From an uncultured Methanosarcinales archaeon (GTDB lineage: Archaea > Nanobdellota > Nanobdellia > Woesearchaeales > UBA10216), in NCBI GenBank assembly GCA_964374085.1, contig CAYJXD010000001.1, positions 15,378-49,428 on the forward strand: a stretch of 34,051 nucleotides of DNA. Reading direction: 5' to 3'. Under the pieces are notes generated by a model, which worked only from the letters and a program-made list of their open reading frames with translations, was not told where the DNA came from and searched no databases. Of this stretch, positions 1-7,650 are shown in pieces (the first letter of the stretch is position 1; every line of letters starts with the position of its first letter). The position numbers and the translations under genes are program-made.

Positions 1-1
1 A

Positions 2-43
2 CAGCCAGTTCCACCCCCAGGACAGCCAGTTCCACCTCCAGGA
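2..43 (+). repeat. in-frame 21-nt tandem repeat (2 copies) encoding QPVPPPG
   Basis: cagccagttccacccccagga / cagccagttccacctccagga differ at one base. A degenerate CAGCCG run follows. Confidence 0.8.
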
Positions 44-604
44 CAGCCGCCGCAGCCGCAGCCAAACATGCAGGCTTTCAACCAGTTCAGGAGAAATTAC
101 CAGAATTTGATTAATAACGGAAACCAAATCCTGACTAACATGAGGAATGAACTTACAACGGCAAGGCAGGAAATAGAGAATGCAAGGCAAAACAATAACA
201 GGGCAGCAAATGCGCTGAACGCCCAGAACAGGCTTACAACTTTATACAATGCGCAGGCGCCGCAGGCAAACAGCCCGTACATGGTTGTCGCGGCTTTAAT
301 TGCCAATATGCAGCAGCAGCTGAACAATAATGCTTTTGTTACGCCGCAAAGAAGGACAGCTGTTCAGCAGGCATTAACGCAAATAAGGACCAGGGTTTTG
401 GTTGGCAACGATTGCTTGGGGCAAAGCATTACAAGGGCAAGAGGCTACATTCCAATGGCTGTTGCAGGCCAAAATATTCGGTGGACCCATACAAGGCAGA
501 ACCTTGATGGCGCAATAAGTTACATCAACCAGATTCTTAACCAGGCTCCTAATGGAGGGCCGTGGCTGCAGGTGATTGGGCAGGCAATCAACCAAGGCCC
601 TTAA
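2..604 (+). CDS. hypothetical protein, 5'-truncated by the window edge; Pro/Gln repeat followed by a Q/N-rich region
   Basis: The frame of listed ORF 68..604 stays open back to base 2 (QPVPPPG QPVPPPG QPPQPQPN, then MQAFNQ...). Stop TAA is at 602-604. No family recognised. Confidence 0.55.
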   Translation, partial: QPVPPPGQPVPPPGQPPQPQPNMQAFNQFRRNYQNLINNGNQILTNMRNELTTARQEIENARQNNNRAANALNAQNRLTTLYNAQAPQANSPYMVVAALIANMQQQLNNNAFVTPQRRTAVQQALTQIRTRVLVGNDCLGQSITRARGYIPMAVAGQNIRWTHTRQNLDGAISYINQILNQAPNGGPWLQVIGQAINQGP

Positions 605-695
605 GGACAATCAGGTTCTAATCATTGTTTTGAATTATTTTGCCTCAAAATCAGCATTCTGAAAATCCGAGCCATAGTGCAGTAACCGTAATATT

Positions 696-740
696 TTCGG
701 AATTTTTGGAGAATTTCCGAATATCTTGAATTATTCCGAA
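696..740. promoter_or_regulatory. three TTCSGAA heptamers with 19-nt periodicity upstream of the vapB TATA box; candidate operator
   Basis: TTCGGAA at 696-702, TTCCGAA at 715-721 and TTCCGAA at 734-740. The first is the reverse complement of the other two. They sit immediately 5' of TATA-like ttaaatat at 745-752. Confidence 0.3.
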
Positions 741-773
741 AAGCTTAAATATCTGCCCGGCACCATTCATTGG

Positions 774-1010
774 ATGGCATCGGAAATTAAGGAGCTTGGA
801 ATTAAGGGAGACCTTGTTATCCCGAAGAATGTCAGGGCTGCCGCTGGATGGCTGCCAAGGATTAAGCTGAAAATCTTCAACATAGGCAGCGACGTCGTAA
901 TATCGCCGGCCAATAAGAGCTTCTTGGATTTTGCAGGGATTCTGGGCGAAAAAGGGGTTGACCACGATAAGCTTGAGGAATTATACATAGAGACAATGCT
1001 GGAATCCTGA
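774..1010 (+). CDS. vapB: AbrB/SpoVT-like antitoxin (VapB-type)
   Basis: KGDLVIPKNVRAAAGW...KLKIFNIGSDVVISP resembles the AbrB looped-hinge motif. The first ATG (774) lies about 25 nt downstream of the TATA centre; the listed start 726 is a TTG. The stop overlaps the ATG of the downstream PIN gene (cTGATG). Confidence 0.6.
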   Translation: MASEIKELGIKGDLVIPKNVRAAAGWLPRIKLKIFNIGSDVVISPANKSFLDFAGILGEKGVDHDKLEELYIETMLES

Positions 1011-1477
1011 TGCCAAGCCTTATTTTTTTGGACACAAACGCTCTCATCGACCTATTATCGAAAGGTGGGCGATGGAAAGAAGTTGGAGTGTTTCTCAACA
1101 ATAACAGGAATCGCCTTTGCACAAGCATGGTTGTGATAAGCGAATTAAGGCACAAATTCATTCTTCAATATGCAGCTAAAATTGTCGGGGGATACAAGAA
1201 GCACGAGATTGTAAAGAGGATAAAGAATGACCGGAAGTTGAGGGTGGATGCTTACAAAAAGTACACTAAGTTTTTTTCTTACATGGCCAGTTTCGTCCAT
1301 ATTTACGATTTGAGCAAGGATTATGAACCCTTATCCTCTGGCTTGTCTATAAAGTATGGCTTGCTCGGCAATGACGCAACGATACTCGCAACCATGCTCA
1401 AAAATGATGTTTCAGAAATAATGACATATGATGATGATTTTCGCAGGATAACTGGGATAAAGGTTGTCAGGCCCTAG
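1010..1477 (+). CDS. vapC: PIN-domain ribonuclease toxin (VapC-type)
   Basis: N-terminal IFLDTNALIDLL; acidic positions in VVISELRH, GNDATILA and MTYDDDFRRI. Size and coupling to the upstream antitoxin fit. Confidence 0.85.
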   Translation: MPSLIFLDTNALIDLLSKGGRWKEVGVFLNNNRNRLCTSMVVISELRHKFILQYAAKIVGGYKKHEIVKRIKNDRKLRVDAYKKYTKFFSYMASFVHIYDLSKDYEPLSSGLSIKYGLLGNDATILATMLKNDVSEIMTYDDDFRRITGIKVVRP

Positions 1478-1484
1478 CCTAAGC

Positions 1485-1799
1485 CTAAGCCTCAATCATC
1501 TCAATCTCAATGTTCAGGCCTTCAGGAATAGGAACTCTCATCACAAGCCTAAGCGCCCTCTCATCAATTCCAAGGTCAACAAGCCTTTTGTGGATGCGCA
1601 TCTCAAACCTGTCCCATGTTGCTTTTCCGTCGCCGCATGGGCATTTCCTTGTCGTGACCTTTAGCTTCTTTGTCGGCAGCGGGATTGGTCCTCTCATGTC
1701 TACTCCGGTCTTCTCCACAATGTCTTTTATGGAGTCACAGACCTGGATTACTTTTCCAATGTCTGTGGATGCTATTTTTATTCTTGCCCGTTGAACCAT
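1485..1799 (-). CDS. rps10: 30S ribosomal protein S10 (uS10)
   Basis: [13 protein letters not shown]...[38 protein letters not shown] used the internal ATG at 1799, because the listed 150-aa ORF start overlaps tuf. It lies directly downstream of tuf, as in the archaeal str cluster. Confidence 0.95.
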   Translation of the reverse strand: MVQRARIKIASTDIGKVIQVCDSIKDIVEKTGVDMRGPIPLPTKKLKVTTRKCPCGDGKATWDRFEMRIHKRLVDLGIDERALRLVMRVPIPEGLNIEIEMIEA

Positions 1800-1863
1800 T
1801 TTCCACTGCCTTCCGCACAATAAGTGCGCTGATTTATTGTGCTCCTGTCGCCCCGAGTCGTGC

Positions 1864-3159
1864 TTACTTGATGTCTTTCTTGACCAAGTCAATGCACATT
1901 CCAGCAGCAACAGTTGTGCCCGAGTCACGGACAGCAAACCTTGCCATCTGAGGAATGTCTTTCTGCCTCTCTATCACGAGAGGGCTTGTTGGCTTCACTG
2001 TGACAACAGCTATGTCGCCGTTCTTCAGGAAGTCTGGATTCTCCTGCAAAACCTCTCCAGTTGCAGGGTTTATCTTCTTTGTAATTGCCGTTATCTGGCA
2101 AGCAACCTGGGCTGTGTGAATGTGGAACACTGGAGTGTATCCAACTGTTACAACAGTCGGGTGGTTCAGGACTGCAATCTGCGCAGTGAATTCAGTCGCG
2201 ATTGTTGGCGGATTGTCAACATGCCCGATTACATCTCCCCTTGTTATGTCCTGCTTTGAGATGCCCCTCACGTTGAAGCCAATGTTGTCGCCTGGCTCTG
2301 CTTCAGGCATCTGCTCATGGTGCATCTCGATTGTCTTGATTTCGCCATGCACTCCTTTTCCTTCCCTTCCAGGAACTATGATGACCTTGTCACCGACTTT
2401 CATTGTTCCTGTCTCAACTCTTCCAACAGGAACTACTCCGATTCCGGTGATGTTGTAAACATCCTGTATTGGCAGCCTCAATGGAAGCTGTGTTGGCTTG
2501 TCTGGCACTTTCAGGCTGTTGATTGCTTCGAGCAGTGTAGGCCCTTTATACCAAGGCATGTGCTCTGACTTGTTCTTTACATTTTCGCCAAGGTATGATG
2601 CCATCGCTACAAATTGCATCTCATCCGGATTAAATCTTACTGATTTCAGCACAGCGCTGACTTCAGCCTTGACCTCTTCAAACCTTTTCTGGTCATACTG
2701 GGCCATGTCCATCTTGTTGACAGCGATTATCAGCTGGTTGACTCCAAGAGTCCTTGCAAGGAAAATGTGCTCCTTTGTTTGGGCCTGAACCCCGTCTCCC
2801 TTGTTTGCAGAGACAACCAGAACTCCAGCGTCAGCCTGTGACGCGCCTGTTATCATGTTCTTGATAAAGTCACGGTGGCCAGGAGCGTCAATTATTGTGA
2901 AGTAATACTTTTCAGTCTCCAGCCTCTTGTGGGCCAAGTCAATTGTAAGCCCTCTTTCCTGCTCTTCCTTGAGGTTGTCCATGACGAATGCAAACTCAAA
3001 TCCGCCTTTTCCCAATTCCTGGGCCCTGTCCTTGAGCTTCCTCATAGCCTGCTCGTCTACTGCGCCTGTATCATAAAGCAGCCTTCCGACTGTAGTAGAC
3101 TTGCCGTGGTCTACGTGACCTATGAATACGACATTCAAGTGTGGTTTTTCCCTAGCCAT
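1864..3159 (-). CDS. tuf: translation elongation factor EF-1alpha
   Basis: [17 protein letters not shown] and NKMD GTPase motifs; full-length archaeal EF-1alpha pattern. GGAGG (complement of 3171-3175) lies upstream of the ATG, so this is one of the few genes here with an SD and a leader. Confidence 0.98.
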   Translation of the reverse strand: MAREKPHLNVVFIGHVDHGKSTTVGRLLYDTGAVDEQAMRKLKDRAQELGKGGFEFAFVMDNLKEEQERGLTIDLAHKRLETEKYYFTIIDAPGHRDFIKNMITGASQADAGVLVVSANKGDGVQAQTKEHIFLARTLGVNQLIIAVNKMDMAQYDQKRFEEVKAEVSAVLKSVRFNPDEMQFVAMASYLGENVKNKSEHMPWYKGPTLLEAINSLKVPDKPTQLPLRLPIQDVYNITGIGVVPVGRVETGTMKVGDKVIIVPGREGKGVHGEIKTIEMHHEQMPEAEPGDNIGFNVRGISKQDITRGDVIGHVDNPPTIATEFTAQIAVLNHPTVVTVGYTPVFHIHTAQVACQITAITKKINPATGEVLQENPDFLKNGDIAVVTVKPTSPLVIERQKDIPQMARFAVRDSGTTVAAGMCIDLVKKDIK

Positions 3160-3382
3160 TTTTGCATTAACCTCCGTGAAAATATGAAGAAAGGGATTTC
3201 CGAGGGGTATTTAAATGTTTTGGTATATTCCCTGGGCTGCTTTTCCCGTCGATAGATTTTTAAATGAATATCTGTTCTCAATTTGAAAATTGCAGCAAAG
3301 AAGAAGGAATAGAAAATAACTATTTGCAAGGCACAAAAAAAAGAAAAGCTTATATATTACTTTGTATATACTAAGTAATACC

Positions 3383-3643
3383 ATGGAAGCTATAACCGTT
3401 AAGATGGAAGGCAAGATGCTGGAAGAGATAGACCAAAAGCTGGGAGGCTACAGGTACAGCACCCGGACAGAATTCATAAGGGACGCAATCCGGGAAAAGC
3501 TTTCTGAACTGGAAAAAGAGGAAGTTTTGAGAAATTTAACTCAGCTAAAAGGCTCTTCAAAAAGAAAAACAAGTGACGCTAAATTGCACGATGCACGCGA
3601 CAAGGCTTTTGAAATGCTTGAAAAGAAATTCGGCATCAAATAA
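3383..3643 (+). CDS. ribbon-helix-helix (CopG/NikR-like) DNA-binding protein
   Basis: The pattern ITVKMEGKMLEEIDQKL...YSTRTEFIRDAIREKL fits beta-strand, helix, helix. ATG 3383 is about 29 nt from TATA ttatatat (3350-3357). Confidence 0.75.
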   Translation: MEAITVKMEGKMLEEIDQKLGGYRYSTRTEFIRDAIREKLSELEKEEVLRNLTQLKGSSKRKTSDAKLHDARDKAFEMLEKKFGIK

Positions 3644-3845
3644 TGTCTTGCGGCCTTTTTGGCTTAATAATTTCTGGCAAGCTCTTAAAATGATTGTCCA
3701 GCGTCACTAGAATTGCCTTGTCATTATTTTTCGTGATCTTTTCCAGTAATTTATGAGCCCAGTCTCCTTTTGGAAGATTGGGCATGTTTCTTTTTTCAAA
3801 GAAATCCAGCCAGATTGATGTGTCCAAATAGTATTTTTCTGCCAT
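3636..3845 (-). CDS. truncated PIN-like protein (mini-PIN, possibly a decayed toxin)
   Basis: It has the N-terminal KYYLDTSIWLDFF and the C-terminal AILVTLDNHF PIN signatures, but only about 69 aa, so the central helices are missing. ATG 3845 is 27 nt from a TATA element; alternative starts are ATG 3878 and TTG 3899. Confidence 0.45.
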   Translation of the reverse strand: MAEKYYLDTSIWLDFFEKRNMPNLPKGDWAHKLLEKITKNNDKAILVTLDNHFKSLPEIIKPKRPQDII

Positions 3846-3966
3846 ATTATGATTGCAGCATTCATTCTTAATAAACATGTTGGAGAAGGGTGAGGACAAG
3901 GCAAAGCCCAGATTCTAGAAAACTTTAAATACCCCTGTTCCCGAATCCAGTGGAAAAAGAGGTGAA

Positions 3967-4449
3967 TTGGTGGCTGTGGAGAAGAAGGCTGCATTGGACG
4001 TTTCTATCAATTCTATCGTTGTAATAGTGTTCGCCATTACAATGCTTGGTCTCGGACTCGCGTTCATAAGGGGCAAGTTTGGGGATATAGAGAATGTGGT
4101 TACTTTTTCGCCGCCAAGCGTGCCGGCAACCGCAAACCTTCCAATAGTCCTTCCATCTGACTCGCTTTCGCTGAACAAGGGCACTTCAAACAAGATTACG
4201 GTTAACTTTTATAATGATGAGACTGCTGATATTTCAGCGGCAAGGCCAGTAATTGGATCGTGCATTGATGAGAACGGAGCTTCTGTCAGCCATTTCAATA
4301 TTGTAGCCAGCCCGCTAAGGGTGAAAGTGGGTGAAGATGTCTCGTTCGAAACCACAATGAAGGTTGCCAGCAGCGCAAGCACCCAGAAGTATATTTGCAC
4401 CTTGCAGATTGGGCAAACAGAGAAGCAATTCATAATAAACGTGAAATAA
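3967..4449 (+). CDS. putative archaeal type IV pilin-like (class III signal peptide) secreted protein
   Basis: A short basic N-terminus (EKKAALDVSIN) is followed by a hydrophobic helix (SIVVIVFAITMLGLGLAF) and a beta-rich C-terminal domain. GAGGTG at 3959-3964; the start is uncertain (TTG 3967, GTG 3970 or GTG 3976). The N-terminal motif is shared with ORF 4711. Confidence 0.5.
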   Translation: MVAVEKKAALDVSINSIVVIVFAITMLGLGLAFIRGKFGDIENVVTFSPPSVPATANLPIVLPSDSLSLNKGTSNKITVNFYNDETADISAARPVIGSCIDENGASVSHFNIVASPLRVKVGEDVSFETTMKVASSASTQKYICTLQIGQTEKQFIINVK

Positions 4450-4450
4450 A

Positions 4451-4708
4451 ATGGCAAAATCAAACCCGGCAAAGGAATTGTTCACTGCAAAGAAAAAAAG
4501 GAAGCTTTCGTCCCAGCAGGAATTTGAGATAATGAAGCTCGTTTTGGACAAGTTCCTGTGGCTTGGATTCGGCATAATGGCCTTTGGCCTGTTCCAGCTC
4601 TACACAACCACAGAGCTTGGGGGATTTTACGTGATGGTTGGCGGAGCAGCAATACTGCTCATATTCGTCTGGATCCTAATCAGGGAATATGAGATAGCCA
4701 ACTTCTGA
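4451..4708 (+). CDS. small two-TM membrane protein
   Basis: A lysine-rich N-terminus is followed by two hydrophobic segments. There is a 1-nt gap after the upstream gene and a 2-nt gap before the next. Confidence 0.5.
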   Translation: MAKSNPAKELFTAKKKRKLSSQQEFEIMKLVLDKFLWLGFGIMAFGLFQLYTTTELGGFYVMVGGAAILLIFVWILIREYEIANF

Positions 4709-4710
4709 TC

Positions 4711-5244
4711 ATGAAGCAGGCAGTCGAGCTTAGCATGAACTTTTTCATAATTACTTTCCTTTCCCTTGTCATTCTTGTCCTGGGCATCAGGATGGTTTAC
4801 AACATGATTGATGCTGCTGAATCTGTCCTTCCTGAGGACTGCACTGAAACAGACGTGACAAGGATGCTTGCAGAAGCAGACACCCGCGTCGTTGCATGCC
4901 CTTCTGACATGGCCATTCCAAGGTCCCAGTCAAAGAACATAAGGCTAGGCGTTGTTAACACTGAAAGCGCTGAGCAATTCAGGATTGATGCAAGCGTTGT
5001 GAGTGCAGAAGACGCCCAGGGAAATCAGATTCCAAGCAGCGGATTGTCTTTCGCTGGCACAATGAATGAAAAAATCTCCCAAAACAAGCAGAAGCAATTC
5101 CTAATCCTTGCAAAGGCCCTCCCGAATGCAGCGAAGGGAACCTATCTTGTTGAAGTTGCATTGTGCAGCGGAAATTCGGCTCCGGCCAGCTGCGACTCAT
5201 CCAATTTCTACGGCTCACAGAAAGTCTACGTGAACATACCTTAA
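4711..5244 (+). CDS. putative archaeal type IV pilin-like (class III signal peptide) secreted protein, paralogue of 3967..4449
   Basis: MKQAVELSMNFFIITFLSLVILVLGI aligns with KKAALDVSINSIVVIVFAI (K-x-A-[LV]-[DE]-[VL]-S-[IM]-N plus a TM helix). The C-terminus is beta-rich. Confidence 0.5.
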   Translation: MKQAVELSMNFFIITFLSLVILVLGIRMVYNMIDAAESVLPEDCTETDVTRMLAEADTRVVACPSDMAIPRSQSKNIRLGVVNTESAEQFRIDASVVSAEDAQGNQIPSSGLSFAGTMNEKISQNKQKQFLILAKALPNAAKGTYLVEVALCSGNSAPASCDSSNFYGSQKVYVNIP

Positions 5245-5909
5245 TCCAATCCTTCCAGCAGCTCCTTCAATGCAGCTTTCTGGTCCTTTGCAGACATGAC
5301 AAAATTTGCGACAAGAACCCCAGCTGTCCCCAATTCAATTGCCTTGCTCACGTCTTGGCTGCTGCTCACCCCTGCTCCGCAAATGATTGGGATTTTTTTT
5401 ATCCTGTTAACTGCATTGATCGTCTTTGTAATTATTTCCGGGTTTGCAGTTGAAACCCCAACAATCCCTGCAATCAGCTCAGGCGGCTCAATCGCAATGT
5501 AGTCAGGGCTGCAGTTCTTTGCTATTTCGACTGCTTCTTCTGTTGAAGCGGCGCATACGATTGCTGCCAGTTTATTTTGCCTTGCCCTCTCAACGCATTT
5601 TGATATTTTATCCATTGGAATTTTATGTTCAGCATGATTAATCAAAGTGCCAAAAGCCCCTGCTTCCTTAACTGATTCAGCCGTGATAAAGCCTGTATTC
5701 TTCCCCTGTTCTACTGGATCAATGTGCTGTGCAAACACACTGATTCCTGTTTTTGCAGCCCTGTGAATGTCAGCTGCCTGGGCTGCCACAATGATTTTGC
5801 CTGAAAGCGACTTGCAAAGCCTTGCAAGCGCCTCTGCCTTGCTGCCAGTGCCAGAAGGGTATGTCTTGAAATTGACGATAATCACAGGTGTTTTTGTTTT
5901 TACGGGCAT
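5241..5909 (-). CDS. tpiA: triosephosphate isomerase, archaeal short type
   Basis: VIIVNFKTY, LINHAEH, IAIEPPELI and CGAGV motifs. ATG 5909 is 27 nt from the TATA (complement of 5932-5940); the listed start 5951 was rejected. Confidence 0.92.
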   Translation of the reverse strand: MPVKTKTPVIIVNFKTYPSGTGSKAEALARLCKSLSGKIIVAAQAADIHRAAKTGISVFAQHIDPVEQGKNTGFITAESVKEAGAFGTLINHAEHKIPMDKISKCVERARQNKLAAIVCAASTEEAVEIAKNCSPDYIAIEPPELIAGIVGVSTANPEIITKTINAVNRIKKIPIICGAGVSSSQDVSKAIELGTAGVLVANFVMSAKDQKAALKELLEGLD

Positions 5910-6011
5910 TAGATATACTGGTATAGAAAACTTTATATATTTGTTGGTCAAAGGTAGAACTAAGGCCTTAATTAAAGGGGCGATTCTGATAGCGAGTGGA
6001 GGGGCTTTGAA

Positions 6012-6452
6012 ATGGCAGGTTTTTTGAGCAATATGAAGGACAGGTTTTCTGAGATGTTCAGCTCTGACGCTGACAGCATGGATGCATTGAGCGAAGGCGG
6101 CCAGGATTATGTTGAATTGGACACTTCAGGCAGCGCTGACAAGTCAAAAGTGACTGTCAGGCCGTTCACGATTGGCGATTTCCAGGACATCAAGGCCATC
6201 CTTGACGTCCTAAGGGAAGGAACAACGATTGCATTGGTCAACATAAGGCCATTGAAGGACAAGGACTTGATAGAGCTTAAGAGGGCGATAAACAAGCTCA
6301 AGAAGACGTCTGATGCCATTGGCGGGGACATAGCAGGGTTTGGGGATGACTATGTGGTCATAACTCCAAGCTTCGCAAAGGTCTTCAGGGCAAAGCCACA
6401 GTCTTCTGCCCAGCAAATGCAGGAAATGAAGGTTGAAGAAGAGGCTATGTAG
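6012..6452 (+). CDS. sepF: cell division protein SepF (archaeal DUF552 type)
   Basis: YVELD...VTVRPFTIGDFQDIKAILDVLREGTTIALVNIRPLKDKDLIELKRAINKLKKTSDAIGGDIAGFGDDYVVITP matches the conserved SepF core. GGAGGGG lies 7 nt upstream. Confidence 0.85.
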   Translation: MAGFLSNMKDRFSEMFSSDADSMDALSEGGQDYVELDTSGSADKSKVTVRPFTIGDFQDIKAILDVLREGTTIALVNIRPLKDKDLIELKRAINKLKKTSDAIGGDIAGFGDDYVVITPSFAKVFRAKPQSSAQQMQEMKVEEEAM

Positions 6453-6456
6453 GAAA

Positions 6457-6849
6457 TCAAATTACAATTACCTCTATCTCCCCTATTTTCCCAAAGGTTT
6501 TGTCCATTGTTACAAGAAGTAGATTGTTTTCCCTGGCTTGGCTTGCTATAATTAGGTTTGCCAAAGAAATGCTGACTCCCTTCTTGTCATACTTCAATTT
6601 CAAATCAGACAGAATTGATGCTGTCCCCTGTGTCGCAGGAAGGCAAAGAAAATTGTTCAGAAAAAGAACCCCTTCCGCCTGGTTTTTTGGAGATCTTTTT
6701 TTAATTCCAAGAAGAACCTCAAAATGCGTGATAAAAGAGACCGATGCCTTTCCTTCATGAAGCTGATATAAGTCAGCTATTTTTTTGATGATTTCTTCAT
6801 TTTTTCTTTCTAATTCAACCACAATAGAAGTGTCTAAAAGAAGGGGCAT
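6457..6849 (-). CDS. vapC: PIN-domain ribonuclease toxin (VapC-type)
   Basis: LLLDTSIVVELE, FITHFEVLLG, LANLIIASQA and LLVTMDKTF. There is a 1-nt gap after the upstream antitoxin gene. Confidence 0.85.
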   Translation of the reverse strand: MPLLLDTSIVVELERKNEEIIKKIADLYQLHEGKASVSFITHFEVLLGIKKRSPKNQAEGVLFLNNFLCLPATQGTASILSDLKLKYDKKGVSISLANLIIASQARENNLLLVTMDKTFGKIGEIEVIVI

Positions 6850-6850
6850 T

Positions 6851-7093
6851 TTATTCTCTGAAGCCTTTTTCCTTCCTTAGTTCTCTGACAATCTTTTGGA
6901 TGTCGTCTGCCTCTTCGTCGCTTAATATTTTTTTGCTTCCAAGGATTTTTCCCCATGCCTCTTCTTCGTCTGCCTTATAGGAATCAACTAGTTTATTGAA
7001 AAAATCTCCGCTCCTCATTCTGTTTTTGGCGGCAAGGCTCCTGAACTCTGCCCATGCTGTTTCATCCACTCCTTTAATGGTTTTTACGCCCAT
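6851..7093 (-). CDS. vapB: ribbon-helix-helix antitoxin (VapB/Arc-type)
   Basis: The pattern KTIKGVDETAWAEFRSLAAKNRMRSGDFFNKLV fits strand-helix-helix. It has an acidic C-terminal tail. The TATA is 27 nt upstream. Confidence 0.7.
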   Translation of the reverse strand: MGVKTIKGVDETAWAEFRSLAAKNRMRSGDFFNKLVDSYKADEEEAWGKILGSKKILSDEEADDIQKIVRELRKEKGFRE

Positions 7094-7224
7094 TATGGTA
7101 ATAAAGTAATACTTGTATTTAAAGATTACTATTCTGTTGATGCTAAAAATAAAAGTGAAAGAAGAGACTGCATGGATGGGCTTTTGTCAAAAAGCTTTTA
7201 TTGCAAAGCCATTTTTAGGCTGTT

Positions 7225-7611
7225 ATGGTTAAGGCATCAGCGCTTCTTGGACTGGCAGCAATGAGCTATTCTTCACTTTTCGTTCCTAACGACACAGGAC
7301 CCATGCAGCGCCAATTCTCTTCATATGTTGTTTCGCTTAACGCCAAAGTAGACCCTGACTGCCTTGACAGGAAAATAAGCGAGTTCAACCTTGCAAGCTC
7401 CGGAAGCATCAAGGAGCTGATTCCTGTTTATAATGGAAATGTGAGAGGCACAAGCCTTGATGGGATGGTTGTTGTAGGGAAAAGGATTATGGCAGTTGTT
7501 ATCCCCCAACCTTCAGATATCAGTAGAGGCTTTGCAACAGAAAATTATGGCCAGGTTCCCATAACACCCGACAAAAGGATTGAAGACCTTGCAGCATCCT
7601 GCAGGCCTTAG
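7225..7611 (+). CDS. hypothetical protein with a hydrophobic N-terminus
   Basis: ORF with an ATG 26-27 nt from a TATA-like cttttatt. No family recognised. Confidence 0.4.
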   Translation: MVKASALLGLAAMSYSSLFVPNDTGPMQRQFSSYVVSLNAKVDPDCLDRKISEFNLASSGSIKELIPVYNGNVRGTSLDGMVVVGKRIMAVVIPQPSDISRGFATENYGQVPITPDKRIEDLAASCRP

Positions 7612-7650
7612 TGCATAACATTTTTAACCTATTTTTGATTCGCCTTAATC

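Noticed and set aside
1478-1492. CCTAAG tandem (about 2.5 copies) between the convergent vapC and rps10 stops
   Set aside because: It is too short to call a repeat element, and part of it is the rps10 3' coding end and stop codon. It has no T-run terminator character.
1800-1937. N-terminal extension of the S10 ORF (listed as 150 aa)
   Set aside because: The extension overlaps the 3' end of tuf and has no similarity to S10. The internal ATG 1799 gives the normal protein of about 104 aa starting MVQRARIKI.
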